DNA from: Malacoraja senta
Lineage: Eukaryota
Direction of reading: 5' to 3'
NCBI GenBank assembly: GCA_038087875.1
Contig: CM075987.1
Coordinates: 18,726,001-18,790,000 of the forward strand
DNA length: 64,000 nucleotides
The notes under the pieces were generated by a model that did not search any database, had not been told where the DNA came from, and saw only the letters and a program-made list of their open reading frames with translations. Below, one piece after another: positions 49,926 through 63,205 of the stretch. The translations under genes were made by a program, and so were the position numbers. Numbering within the stretch: the stretch's first letter is position 1; each line of letters opens with the position of its first letter.

Positions 49926-52900
49926 ACTAAAAAATGAACCCATTATATCGGCAGCCGAATGGAGATGGGCTGTGACTATGTCTACCATGGTCTAAGAAGG
50001 TGCCTGAGGTATGGAGCTGTCCACTAACAGTGTCACGCAGAGGGCAGGAGGCAGAATTCCCATGGGATTCACCTGACTCTCCCCGTAGTCAAGATGCAGC
50101 TGGGAGTTTAGACAAACAGAGCAAGTGGTTTCCAAATCAAACATTGGGATCATTTTGGAAATTCTAATCCCAGCATTAATGGAGAAAAATCTTTTCATAC
50201 AAAGATCCAAACTGGACACTTTCTTGCAAGAAAGCAGCTTGGTGCTGAACAATGACTCCAGCAGATTAATTACCAAGAGACCCGTTTCCGTTCCTGCAAA
50301 TTATAATTTGGCCTTGGCTTGTTAATTAGATACCTCCTCAACCTACATGGTTTCAATGATTACAGAATCTTTTAATTAGTTAATCATTACCAACATTTGG
50401 GATATTGGTTAATTAACCCTCTGCCCTCTCCAGTCTACTTTTGACGTCCAATGAAGAATTGCTTCATAAAGTAGTAATTAGTACAGTAAAGGGTAAAGGT
50501 CAGGTGAAACCATTCCTTGTCCGTCTTTGGACTTGTCCATTTGCACTTTTCAAAAGCGGCCATCCTCTCACGATCGTCAAGCACTGATGTTCTGGCATCC
50601 TACCTGAGTTCTCTTCACGTGAAGACCAGTTACAGAGTTAGTCAATGACAATAGGTGTCCGTGGACGACAGGACTCAATGACAATGATAAGAATGATAAG
50701 ATGCAGCTCTAAAGACTTTAGAGTCTTTGGTGATGTAGCTCTAAAGACTTTGGGTCCTGACCCAAACAATTGCCTATCCTTGTCCTCCAGAGATGTTCTT
50801 CTGCCGTTGCGTTACTCCTGCACTTTGTGTTTTACTCTATAAGACTTTGGTTAGGTTGCATTTGGAGTATTGCCTGCAGTTCTGGTTGCCCCATTACAGG
50901 AAGGATGTGGAGGCTTTGGAGAGGGTGCAGAGGAGATTTACCAGAATGCTGCCTGGATTAGGTGATATTAGCTACACGGAGAATTTGGACAAATTTGGAT
51001 TATTTTCTCTAAAATGTCAGAGGTTGAGAGAAGACCTGGTAGAAATACATAAAATTAAGAGAGGCATAAATAGGCTGAATGGTCACAACCTTGACATATG
51101 CCTGAGTGGATAGTGCCCAGAAAATGGGCATGAATCTATCTGATTTCTCAGCTCCAACACACCTAACACACACTCCCCAGCAGAGGTCAGCATCAGAGTA
51201 AAGAACGCGCTGCTGAGGTCTCTCACTAACCTGATTTTCTTCCTGCTGTTATTGCACAGGATTTCACTAAAACTGCCACATTTAACATCACAGATACCAG
51301 CAATAGGACATTTAAAAAACACAGAGTTCTCAGCCCCATCTTTGGAGAGATAAACATTTCAGAACAATCGCCTATGCTCAAAATCATTACTCGGGCAAAG
51401 CCCTGATCTTAAACTCCTTGCCATTACTTCCAAATCCATCCTTCAGTCCCAACAGTCTGTATTCCTCCAATTCATTCCCCGATTGTGGTTCTTCCTAATG
51501 GCAGCTTTAAGCTACCGTGAACCCCCCAACTTCTGAAACCTCTTCTTGGAACCTTTTGTCTTTCCACCTATCTCTGCTCCTTTAAAATTGATTGATTGAT
51601 TGATTGAATGGTACAGCATGTAAACAGGCCCTTCCTCCCACCAAGGCCATGCCAACCATCGATCACCCATTCACATTAGTTCTCATCCACTCCCCACACA
51701 CTGATGGCAATTTTACAGTGAACGATTAACCTACAAACCCGCACATGTTTGGGACATTGAAGCACCCAGAAGAAACACAGGCGGTCACAGGGAGAACGTG
51801 CAAACTCCAAACAAACTGTACCTGAGATCAGAATCGAACCTAAGCCTCTGGTGCTGCGAGACAGCAGCTCTACCAGCTGCGCCACTGTGCCGCCCTTTAA
51901 ATCACCCAAATAGATTTGCTTCCAACTAAGCAACTGGGGACACAAGGAACTGCACAAGGATGATGGAATCTATCTCTCCAATCTCTCCTAAGAGCCCGGG
52001 AGCTCCTGTTACAGTAGTCGCTTCATAAATGCCCAAAAGCATGGTGATACTCACTAAAACGTGGACAGAAGTAGTTGGAGTGAACAGCGTTGATGCATTT
52101 GAGGAAACCTGAAGAGTGAGGGTGGATGGAATTCTGTGAAGATTTGTTGATTGAGGTTGAAGGAGACAACTGTGGAACACCAGCACCAACGTGAATCAGA
52201 TGGGCCAAATGGCCTGTTTCTGTGCTGTACTATATATTGCCCAGCAATTCTCTCAACCGGAGACACCGCCTCAACCGGCCCTTCCAGGTTGTGTGCCCCT
52301 TTCTAAAGAGCCTCACAGGAGAGAGAACTCCCTCCCGTCTGCAGGTGAATCTGAAGCCAGTTGGAGAACAAGAAAGGAGCCAACGGATCTGAAAGAATAA
52401 ATATTTCATAACAGCCTAACAATAGCAAGAATGCTTGGCGAGTGGAGAAGCAGGATGAGAGGAGGATTATCAGAGAGTAAAATTAAATATATCTTCACAA
52501 TGCTATCCTGTAGGAAATTCAGGCCATTTGGCCCATCTGATTCATGTTGGTGCGAGTGGTCCACAGTCGTCCCACTCCACCCCTATCATCAACTCCCATC
52601 ACAAACTCATCACCACTTCACCGTTCCATCCATCGCTGCACTATCCAATTGAGAAAAAGGTAAAACAAAAAAACCTAATTGGAAGAACTCAGCGGGTCAG
52701 TCAGCATCCACGGTGGGAATGGACAGATGGCATTTCAGCGCGGGACCCTTCTTTAGAGAAAAGATTAAACTCTGCTTCTTCAGTGACATATTTTGGGGTA
52801 ATTATTCAATAGAATATTCACGTTGTGTTCTGTGATTTCTCGATTCTTAAACTAAAAGGCAAAAATGGGAAAATTTACAATTTGGCAGTGAACAGAAATA

Positions 52901-53479
52901 ATCTCATTGTCTATGTGAGGGAGCGTTTATAATCTACAAATTGTCCAACACTTGGTCATATATCAACAAACCTATCACTGTTAAAAACGACACAATTTTC
53001 TTTTAACATTTTAGTAGCTTCCACTCTTACTTCAACTGATTTGCTGTTGAAACCCTCATCTATAATGTTGGGACCTCTAGACCTGATTGTTTCAGTGCTC
53101 ACCTGCAGGCCTCCTTCGCTCGACTCTTTCTAAAACAAGCTCATTCTAAATTCTGCTGCTCAGGTCTGAACTTGAACCCTAGAGAGTCAAGAGTGTTTAG
53201 TTATCATCATATCAACAGTGGAACAAAATTCATACTTGCTGCTGCTATACAGGCCCCGAAACACAACACCACACTGATAATATATAACAATTAAAAATAC
53301 AATAAATAGGTAACCATAGTCCGAAGTCTGTAGTGCAACCAAAAATGCAGTTGAAGAAGGATCTCCACCCGAAACGTCATCCATTCCTTCTCCTCAGATA
53401 TGCTGTCTGTCCCACCGAGTTACTCCAGCTTTTTGTGTCTATCTTCAGTTTAAACCAGCATCTGCAGTTCCTTCTTACA

Positions 53480-53800
53480 CAGTTCATAGCAGATCATAGT
53501 TGCTGAGGTTACTGTTCAAGAGTCTGATGGCTGTTGGGAAATAGCTATTCTGGAACCTGGTGGTCACAGTTTTCCGGCTCCTGCACTTTCTTTCCAATGA
53601 TAGGAGTGAGATGAGTGCATGGCCAGAATGGGGTGGGTCTTTGATGATATTGGCGGCCTTTTTGAGGCAGCGCCTCCTGTAGATCCATTCGATGGTGGGG
53701 AGGTCAGTTCCTGTGATGAACCGGGGAGTGTCTACCACTCTGTAGTTTCCTTCGTTGCAGGGTGTTCGGGTTGCCGAACCAGGCCGTGATGCAACCAGTC
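53480..53800 (-). mobile_element. Rex1/Babar-type LINE fragment
   Basis: ORF 53484-53738 ...RCLKKAANIIKDPPHSGHAL...TTRFQNSYFPTAIRLLN, a typical C-terminus. Confidence 0.75.
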
Positions 53801-54162
53801 TCCCAGCACTGCGACATGTCTGTCAGTGAATGTTGCCGACTGGCCTATTCCAGACTGCAGGACTACATGCTGAGGGACGCAATGAACCCAAGGCTCTGTG
53901 GGGGAAGACCACAGTCTGGGTTCCTTCCAGTGTCAGACATTGAGGGGCAGAATCCAGTGGGGACACCCATCAAACAAGGGAGAGGATATCACCCCATGGG
54001 GCCACACGGATGACAATGCTGTTTGCTGTGTAGACAGGTATGAACACTACTGATTTTTACGTTATTGAATGTAAAGACACTGAGAATCCATGAAATTCTT
54101 TGCACATTTTTTTGTTTTGTATATATATATTTTTATTAGCTTATTGCTGGGAGAAAAAAAAG
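53800..54162 (+). mobile_element. Tx1-like LINE 3' end
   Basis: ECCRLAYSRLQDYMLRDA...LWGKTTV* followed by a 3' UTR and A-tail. Confidence 0.55.
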
Positions 54163-55950
54163 CCCAGTTTGGAGCTGCCACATCCATCTGACTGACTGTG
54201 GGATATCCAGGTAACGGGAGGTTAACTGCGTCCCACCTGCATGGCAAGACCTCTGGGAAGGACCGTCCCATCCTGGCAAGGACAAGCTATGTAGTGGGTT
54301 TTGCCTGGTTTGACCAATTTTTCAGATTCTAGTTTGATCTGGATTTTTAATGCTCTCTTTGAAGGTGAATCTACTTTACACTCATTTTTATAAAACATTA
54401 ATTAAAAATAGTCAAAAAGAATCTCATCTGAAATGGCAGCCTAATTAAAGATTAACGTGTGTTACACAGATGTAAAATCAGTGATCGGGAGCCACTGCAA
54501 ACAGCAGATTATCATCCAGCTTTAGTTTTCTGTTTGTTTCTTCTTTATAATTGATGAGTGTATCGTGTCAGATAAGTATAGCCGAGTGATATCGTTGGGA
54601 TGCTGGAAAATGTGAGGTTATCCCGACTTTGGAAGGAAGAATGAAAAGGCAAAGTATTATTTAAACAGAGTGAGATTACAAAATGTTCCCATAGAAATGC
54701 ACCTGGGGTGGGGAGGTCTTAGTACATTAACATGGGACAGTATGGCACAGGAACAGGTCCTTCGGCCCACAATATCCACACTGAACATGATGCTAAGTTA
54801 AACTACTCTCCTCTGTCTGCACATGATCCATATCCCTCCATTCTTTGCATATCTGTATGTCTATCCAAAAGCCTCTTACATGCCACCATCCTTGGCAGCA
54901 TGTTCCAGGCACCCACCCATACATCTCCTTTAAACTTTGCCTCTTTCACCTTCAAGCTATGCCCTCTAGAATTTGACACGGCCACTCTGGGAAAAAGGTT
55001 CTGACTGTCTACCTTATCTATACTTCTCATCATTTTATGTTATTCTATGTATCCTCAATGCAATCATGGCTGATCTACACTGATGACGCGTTCTCTTCCG
55101 TGCCCATCACGCTCAGTTGCCTGAAACTGATCTTGAATATTTGAATATCTTGAAACTTGAATATTTCTAATGATCTACCTCTGGGGTCAAGAATTCCAAA
55201 GATTCACCATTCTCAAGAAATTCTTAAGCACATCAGCTCTAAATGACCAATCCGATGTAACTATATCTCTTCGAGACTCTCCTACGAGTGAAAACATCAC
55301 AGCATTCTACCCTATTATGTGCTCTCAAGATCTTATATGTCTCAAAGTTACCTTATTCCTCCACCTTCTTCATCATTCCACACATAGTTTGCCACCACTC
55401 AAATATAATTCCCTTCCTGCTCATCCTACCTTTCCCAGATCCCTACCGTTCATTGACAACTCACTTGCAAAGTCTTCCTATCTTGATTATCCCAGTGCAA
55501 TTATTGCTCTCAGTAAGATGTGACTGGGAGATGCTCCTATGGGCAACTTGTTTGTAGACACCAAACCAAATGTAAGCTGCACCTTGCTAGGTGTTACCTG
55601 AGAATATTCCTACCACTTTCTTGTTAATTGCCACTTACTTGTTTTATTACACAAAAACAATTAGTTGTGTCCCTCGTCTTAACACTGCAGTGAAGTAGAG
55701 ACTTACAGCACGCTGCAATGTATCAGTCAGTATCATTCCCACAAGGACAATGGATTTTACACATTGTTACCGTCTCCTGTTGCTGACTTTACAACCAGGC
55801 ATTGGCACAAGTACCAGCCACAGGGATTGGCACCAGAAATAGAGGAGGCTGCAAATTACAAATCTCTGGCAGTTAAAATATGTTGAACTCAATCACACCT
55901 CAAACTGTTCACGCCTGTAGATGCCCTAGTGCACTTTATAGCCAATGATG

Positions 55951-56965
55951 TGTAGGGGTTTTGTTCCCTTTGCTCCACTTCGGGCCCAACTGCCCGAGTG
56001 ATTCTCTCCCTTGTCGGTGGGTCAAACGGCCACCACTCCACTCGAGCGGTTCCCAAGAGAGAATACAAAAAAAGGGTTCACCTGGGTTCTAGACCTCGGA
56101 ATTATAGTGGGATATGATAAAAGGTTGACTTGGCCAGAGTGTGCTGATGAGAGAAAACAGAAACCAAGACGGACTCAAAGCAAGTCTAAAATTTACAGGC
56201 TTTATTGAACAAATGAGAAACCGAATCTCACCAACTCTACATAATACATGACTAAACTTATGCTTTAAACTAAGACTATGGAAAGAAAATTATCGGGCAT
56301 GTCGTAAAAACTTACTTTACAGAATTTTGCAAATACACCCCCTTTCCCCTTCTTCTCTCAACCTCTATCCTATTTTCGGGAACTTCACCAGGTCGTCTGG
56401 GGTACTTACAGCTAGATCGATGCAGGGTCAGGAGTCGTCCAACAAAGCAGAAAAGAGAGCAAAACCTTGCTTGACTGTCCCTTTTATACCTGAGTTTCTC
56501 CCTTGAAACCTCCCGGGTGGTCCTCTGGACAAAAGGGTCTTTCGATGATTCCCAGTTTCGATCTGGCATGAACAATAGGCTTCCGATGATAATGGGTTTG
56601 CTAAAGTCATGATGCCTCAGCCTGATCGTTATCCCATCACCTGGATGGGCTCCCATTGTCCCGATGGATGGATCATCCATGAATGTGATTGTCTTGCTGC
56701 TGGGCTGTTTACCCCCGTCTGCTGAGGCTCGGTTCCTTCCTTTGTCTTTCCAAGATAATCTCGTTATCTCCGTCCCGGCCATTCCTGTTCACACCATTCG
56801 CATAGTCATGTAATGCCCAGGCCCACATACAGGTTTTAAACTGGTTCTTCCTTTGTGGATTGGGTTTTTTTCCTTTGCAGACAGCAAGTCTGTTTTAAAA
56901 TGTCCAGGTCCTTATCCCCGAGTTCTTCCATAATCTTTTGGAGGATTTGCCCCCAATAACTTACA
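55951..56965 (-). mobile_element. Solo LTR (ERV- or Gypsy-type), ~1.0 kb
   Basis: TGTA...TACA termini, 4-bp flanks gatg/aatg. On the minus strand TATAAAA (56488-56482) is followed by AATAAA (56206-56201). Confidence 0.7.
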
Positions 56966-58029
56966 AATGTTCTTTGGATGTGCAGTCACCATTGAAATGT
57001 CAGTTGCAGGCAGTTGCACAGAACAAGGTCCCACACCACTGGCAATAATGATCAGCTCATTTGTTTCATTCTCCCCACATTCCCTCCAACATCTTCCACA
57101 TTCTACCACTCACCTACATACCAGGGGGAACATACAATGGGCAATTGCCTGCTCCAATAATTGCTTATGTGCATCTCTATCCACCTTTTCTTCGACAGTT
57201 TTCTGTGAGAAATATTTTATTTCATTTAAGGTGCTGCATCAATTCAGATCGCAGCGATTGTTGTAAAGCGTAAACATAGCGACAAGGAAGAGGAGGTGAA
57301 AAATGCTACAACATATTCAACAGAAAGCCGATAGGGGCTTTTGTCCCAATTCATTAACCACCTCCTTTTATAAAACGTGACCTTGTTTTCTCTCTCATTC
57401 CAGGGATTCATTAGCTCCTTACCTATTGAACTGAATATGTTGAGAAATCTATTTATGCCAACCATTTAATCCGTGTAGTTGTTCAGCTCACCAATTGCTC
57501 CCTGGTGACAGAACAACTACATCAGGCTGGTGATGGGCAGTATCAGGGGATGTCGATTTCACGCCTTATTTGCAACCAAAGGAAATAGGTCTCGTTGACA
57601 TGCTGGTGGACGGGAGCTGATAGACCCAGAGGGCCTGTTCCTGTGCTGCACTGTTCCGCCACTATTTGACCCTGTGTAAATATGGGAGGATAGAAAGTAG
57701 TGGGGAAGGAGGGGGGGGGGGCATGATGATCAGAGAGACAAAGTGAGGAGAGGGGTGTAATGGTGGAGACGGGAGAAGTTGAAATCAAAGTGAGTAAGGC
57801 TAGAGAGAGTGAGGAATGTGGGAGGGGGAGCAATGGGAGAGGTTGAGTGAGGTCGGGGAACGTGATGGTGAGTAATTGAATCATCATCATAGGCATTCAC
57901 TCAAAGTGGAGTAGGACTATGCATCCTCATGGTGGGTCCTTTCTGTGAGTCTATGTCCCTCCAGGTGGACCCCTGAACGTGGCATCTTTTAAGATGGGAA
58001 GACTGGTGCACGGACAGCCACCACATGGT

Positions 58030-58385
58030 CCTCTCTTTCTTTAAAACCAAAAATAATTTATTCAATTATTTACAATATGTACAGTACAAAATAAATTAAA
58101 ACAAAACCCACCACCAAAATACGTCAAACAAATATTCTTCAATACTAAATATACCATTATACAACTATATCACCATCCTTATTAAGGATGCATTCCACCC
58201 TCCACAGTGCCCAGCGGACCCGGAAATCCCCCAGAGCGCCCTTGAACAGTGAGTAGACCCTCTCTAGTACCACCCGGGCACGGACATAACCCCGGAAAAG
58301 GGGTAGGCAGCCGGCTCGAGCAGAGCCTTCTTCCACCAGGCGCCGTGACTCGCAGATGGCCAGCTTGGCCAGGCCTAGGATCCAC
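58030..58385 (-). mobile_element. Tx1-like LINE 3' end
   Basis: ILGLAKLAICESRR...LPLFRGYVRARVVLE......F..RWA resembles Tx1 ORF2 C-termini; followed by AATAAA and a purine tail. Confidence 0.7.
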
Positions 58386-58904
58386 ACGGACAGGCACAGA
58401 CCCGGGCGTTACGGAATGGACCCCACCACGGTTGGGAATCTCTCTCTGCCACAGCCAGTGGGATGTTCCACTGTTGACCAGCAACCATCCTCTCTCTGTT
58501 CCACCTCTGAGGTCTTCTTCTTGGGCCGCCCTGTATCAGGAGCCTCCCGCTCGACCTGCCCGGCGTGAGTGACCCTGCCAGGAGCATTGCTCGAGACGGT
58601 TTCACTGCCAGGATCTCAGGCACACGCAGGCTTCTCCACCACAGCAAGGTGGAGACGCTCGGGGGAGAGTAATGGAATAGTGTCGGTCTGAGGAGAGGCT
58701 TGCTGCCAGGGTTGTGGCCAGGTAGAGCAAAGACTGCAACCCTGTGCAGTAGTGTCAAATTACTCAATACCTGATCTGTGCCTCCAAGGTAACTTCTTCA
58801 TGAATAATCTCCCAGCAGCTGGAGGTTTTTACGAGTGCTGCTGAATAATGCATGGTGACTAGGATTCGTCTAACAGATGGCACTGGTGGCTGTTATATGA
58901 GCTA

Positions 58905-59600
58905 AAACAGACACAAAGTGCTGGAGTAACTCAGTGGGTCAGGCAGCATCTCTGGAGAACGTGGATATATAACGTTTTGGGTCAGATCCTTCTTCAGACT
59001 GTTTGTGGTGGGGGGAGGGCAGGGAGAGGTGGAAGAAGAGAGCTGGGAGAGTGGATGGGCAGGACAAAGCCTGGCTAAGTAATAGGTAGATACAGGTGAG
59101 GGGAGAGGGGTGGGGTTGATATACAGATGGTTGGACAAGGGCCAGAGATTCAACGACACAAAGAGTGAGACAAAATGATAGAGTAGTTGTGAATTCTGAA
59201 GCTAGAGGAAGAAATGTAGATGGAAGGGGGAGGGGAGAATAGGAGCAAGTCCAGGTGGGGCACAGGAGAGAGAGATGGGGGGGGGAGGAAAGGGGAGATG
59301 GGGGAAGGAGGGAAAGGGAGCTGTTATGTAATTACCTAAAATTGGATAATTCAGCAGAATATGAAGTGCTGTTTCCCCAGTTTTCATGTGGCCTCACTCT
59401 GGCAATGGAGGAGGCCGAGGACAGAAAGGTCAATATGGCAATGGCAAGAGGAGTTAAAATGGTGAGTAGCCGGGAGATCCAGAGTAGTGCAAGAGCACAA
59501 TTGTCGGCAAAATGGTTGTCGAGTCTGCACTTGGTCTCCCCGATGTATAAGATGCTACATCAGGAGTTGTGACCAGCACCTGCAGTTCCTTGTTTCTACA
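58905..59600 (-). mobile_element. Degenerate Penelope-like fragment
   Basis: Terminal arm with a decayed hammerhead motif (~58970-59000) and a GIY-YIG remnant (~59360-59565). Confidence 0.65.
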
Positions 59601-59869
59601 TCTCTCTGGTACATGAACGTTATTTTAGACGGTACGCACTCCAGAGAGATAAAGGTCCTAAAGTTATCCCTTTGAATATTAACACCTTACTGAGACAAGG
59701 TAACCTTGCTCTGTGCACTAACCCTCAAGCTGAAGGCATTGTGATTAATTGCCATCCTGCCCACTTGCTGATGTGCTTTCCTTCTACCCATCTGTTTAGA
59801 GAGTAGAGCGGAGTGCTGTTCATTTCATTGCACCACTGGTGATGGCAACTACAGCCTTGGCAGCAAGGG

Positions 59870-60205
59870 CGGGGGAAAGAACAGTGCTGCAGCTGGTAGA
59901 GCTGCTGCCTTGCAGCCCCGGCCACCCGGGTTGGATCTCGACTTTGGGTGCTGTCTGTGTGGAGTTTGAATGTTCTCCCTATGACTGCGTGGGTTGTCCT
60001 CCGGGTGCTCCCGTTTCCTCCCACATCGCAAAGAAACATGCGGGTCAGCCACTTAATCAGCCACTGTAAATTGCCTCCAGTGTGTAGGGATTGATGTGAA
60101 AGTGGGATAACATAGAGCCAGAGTGAACGGGTGATCAATGGTCAGCATGGACTTGGTGGGCTGCAGGCCCTCTTTCCATGATGTGTCTTTCAATCAATCA
60201 ATCAA
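59870..60205 (+). mobile_element. HE1-type V-SINE
   Basis: Same structure with (caat)n tail. Confidence 0.8.
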
Positions 60206-60215
60206 TGGTTAAAAA

Positions 60216-60436
60216 AGATAGACACAAAATGTTGGAGTAAATGACGGGACAGGCAGCATCTCTGAAGAGAAGGAATGGGTGACATTTCGGGTCGTTACCC
60301 ATCTTCAGCCTGAAGAAGGGTCTCGACCCGAAACGTCATCCATTCCTTCTCTCCAAAGATGCTGCCTGTCCTGCTTAGTTACTCCAGCATTTTGTGTCTA
60401 TCTCTGTGTAAACCAGCATCTGTAGTTCCTTCCTAC
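60216..60436. mobile_element. Penelope-derived palindromic element with an intact hammerhead core on the + strand
   Basis: Inverted arms 60216-60403; CTGAAGA-A-GGGT-CTCG-ACCC-GAAA-CGTC at 60310-60337. Confidence 0.78.
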
Positions 60437-63015
60437 ACAATGGCTTTATAAAGATGACGGGCGTGACCCCTCACCCCATGCTGGAACTGCCTGGTAATCA
60501 CAACGTCAACAGCTCTACCAGCCGTGCCACTGTAGTTTACCTATCTCCACAAATGACGTCCGAGTTCAGGAACAGGTTTTCCCAACAACCATCAGGCGAC
60601 TGAACACTAAAAACTCCAAACTTTTCACTGTACCTCGGTACACATGACAATAAACTATGCTCATGACTGACTAAACTAAACTGATTATGAGCTATGTTCT
60701 GTCTGTTTTGCACTGGGGACTTTGCCTTTGTTTTGTTTTATACTGTGTTTTTTTCTTTTTTGAACTTTTTTTTAAATGTTTGTTTATTATTTCATCCAGT
60801 GAGAAATGTGTATACAAACCTGTTGTGCTGCTGCAAGTAGCAGTCTCATTGTTCCGTTTCGGTGCATGTGACAATAAAACACACTTAACTCTGCACTAAA
60901 AAGGATATTTTGGCATGGTGGGTAATTCAATAATCCCACTTAACATTGACAAGAAAAGCCCCCCTCAGTTGCGTGGATCATGAGGTAAAAAAGTTACAGA
61001 ACCACTAACCACTATCGATTGGCCACACATTGGCTTCAGTAGCAACGCTGGGACATAACTAGCATAGATATAAAAAAAAACAGAATAAACGCTCAAGAGC
61101 TCTCCATTCCTTGCTGAAGTGCTCCTGGCCTTTGCTGTAATCCATAACCTTCTGCTTTTCCATTTTCTCAGGTACCTCTGAACACAAATCATTGTGACAA
61201 CCCAATCACTAGGGGCCAAAATTTTATAAAACCTCTCAAGTTGTGAACAATGAATCACTGCGCGAACGTGGCTCGTGTTTTCCAGTAAATCTCCGAAAAC
61301 CTGGGAGTTATTTTTGAACGTAAACAGCACGCATTCTCCATTAGCTTGCTTTTCTTTTCCGTTCCCCTTTCTGTTCCATTTTACTGACGACTGCATCCTA
61401 ATGGTCCTTTTAAACTCATGATGAATGCCTATGCTGCATATTGATCGCCTCAGTGATTGATTACTGGATCTGTCTGACAGATGAGCTGCTAAGGTAGCTG
61501 CCAATATTGGGCCACAGAGGGGTGGATTACCTCACTGGAGAATCTAATGGATTATGACCTAAAAGGGCAGCACAACAATTCCCTCATTTTATGAGAAGGA
61601 AAACGTTTTTCACTTTATAAAAATAAATAAAAGAAAGAAAGTCAATTCGTGAGCCATTTAACATGGAAAATTCTCCGTCAAAATTGCATGCTGTAAAATA
61701 TGATGGATTGTAGGATAGAATGAGTAGACTAAAACAGACTAAATAGATCTGGTAGAAAATGTTTTGTGTCCATTTTTGGTGAAAAATGCTGAACATCTAC
61801 ATACCTCTGCAATCTTGAGGAATAATTTACTTTTCATTCATCAAAACCTTTTTTTTTTTTTTAAAGATCTCCATTTGCTTTTAGGTGTGTAAAAGAGTCA
61901 AAAGCCAAGTCTTCCCCCATGATCTGTCCCACCTTTCAAGGCAGGTTTTCTAAAGCATTTCCTGTTCTCTGGGTTTTGCAAATTAGGATTCTTGTCGCAT
62001 TCTACGAGTTTAACCCTTTGCTGACTGTGGATCAGGAGCTGGGGGTTTGACAGCACGATTCCTAAACCATGGGCATCCTCGTGGGTATTAGAAGAGGAAG
62101 TGGGTGGAGAGAGGGAGGCGGAGGAAGGGTGAAGCAGATACAAACGGCACATGAGGAAAGAGATGGCGTTCAAAGAGATTGCTGACCAGAGTTGAAGAAA
62201 AGTGATGGAGTTCACGTGACACAATCATATACATCATGTTAGAAAGGCACCATCATTTGTTCTATAATGTCTGCCACCATTCACCACCTGATCGCAGGCA
62301 CACTGCCCCATTCAGGATGAATCTCTAGATCGGCACAAGTACACCAAAGAGTGAATTAATTTACAATTCAGTAAGAATGATTCATGTTAAAGATGTAGAC
62401 TAGGCATTGCATGACTAAGAATGACATGAATGCCAGCACCTTTCTTAATTACCTTAAAGACATAGAGTCATGCTGTCATAGTCAGACAGCGTGGAAACAG
62501 GCCCTTCGGCCCAACTTGCCCACTTCGACGACCATGCCCTTTTTACACTACTCCCACCTGCCTCTGTTTGGCCCATATCCCTCTAAACCTATCCTATCCA
62601 TGTACCTATCCAAATGTTTTTTAAAGGCTGTGATAGTACCTGCTTATTTTTGTTTTATTTTAAACTGGTAAGATTGATTCATTATGTATTTTTCTATTTG
62701 AATTTCTCCATTTCCATTTTGAAACCCTTAGCTCCTTCAAGAGATCGCAGGTATTTTCACCTCCTCATTTTGAGTGCCTCTCCCAGTTTTCGTGCTCGTC
62801 TTGCTCATAGGCTTCCAGCTGTGTGCTTTGGTGTGTCTTGGTAACTACCCCTCCAATCCATTTCCCTCAGCAACCGAGCTAAAATCTCATCAAAATCAGT
62901 TCTGATGAAGGCCACCTTTGGATGCAAAGAAGATGGTCTCAGATCTTCCATTGCACTATAGTTTTATGCAAGAGGTCAGGTGTCATCTGTGAACAGAGAA
63001 ACAGGATTAACTATG

Positions 63016-63205
63016 TGGGTGAGGCAGCATCTATGGAGCGAAGGAAATAGGCAACGTTTCGGGCCGAAACCCTTCTGAAGGGTTTCGGCCCGAAACGTTG
63101 CCTATTTCCTTCACTCCATAGATGCTGCCTCACCCGCTGAGTTTCTCCAGCATTTTTGTCTACCTTACATTTTCCAGCATCTGCAGCATCTGCATCTGCA
63201 TAGTT
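63016..63205. mobile_element. Young Penelope-derived fold-back insertion with 17-bp TSD
   Basis: Near-perfect inverted repeat centred near 63075; TSD aaacaggattaactatg at 62999-63015 and 63206-63222. Confidence 0.85.

Noticed and set aside
54165..54300. Possible further HDV-like ribozyme in an RTE-like 5' fragment
   Set aside because: Could not assign consistent P1/P2/P3 pairings, and the putative J4/2 lacks the catalytic C.
60965..61504. 179-aa minus-strand ORF or LHX3 exon in unique sequence
   Set aside because: Non-ATG start, no resemblance to LHX3 or any protein I recognise, and no convincing splice structure.
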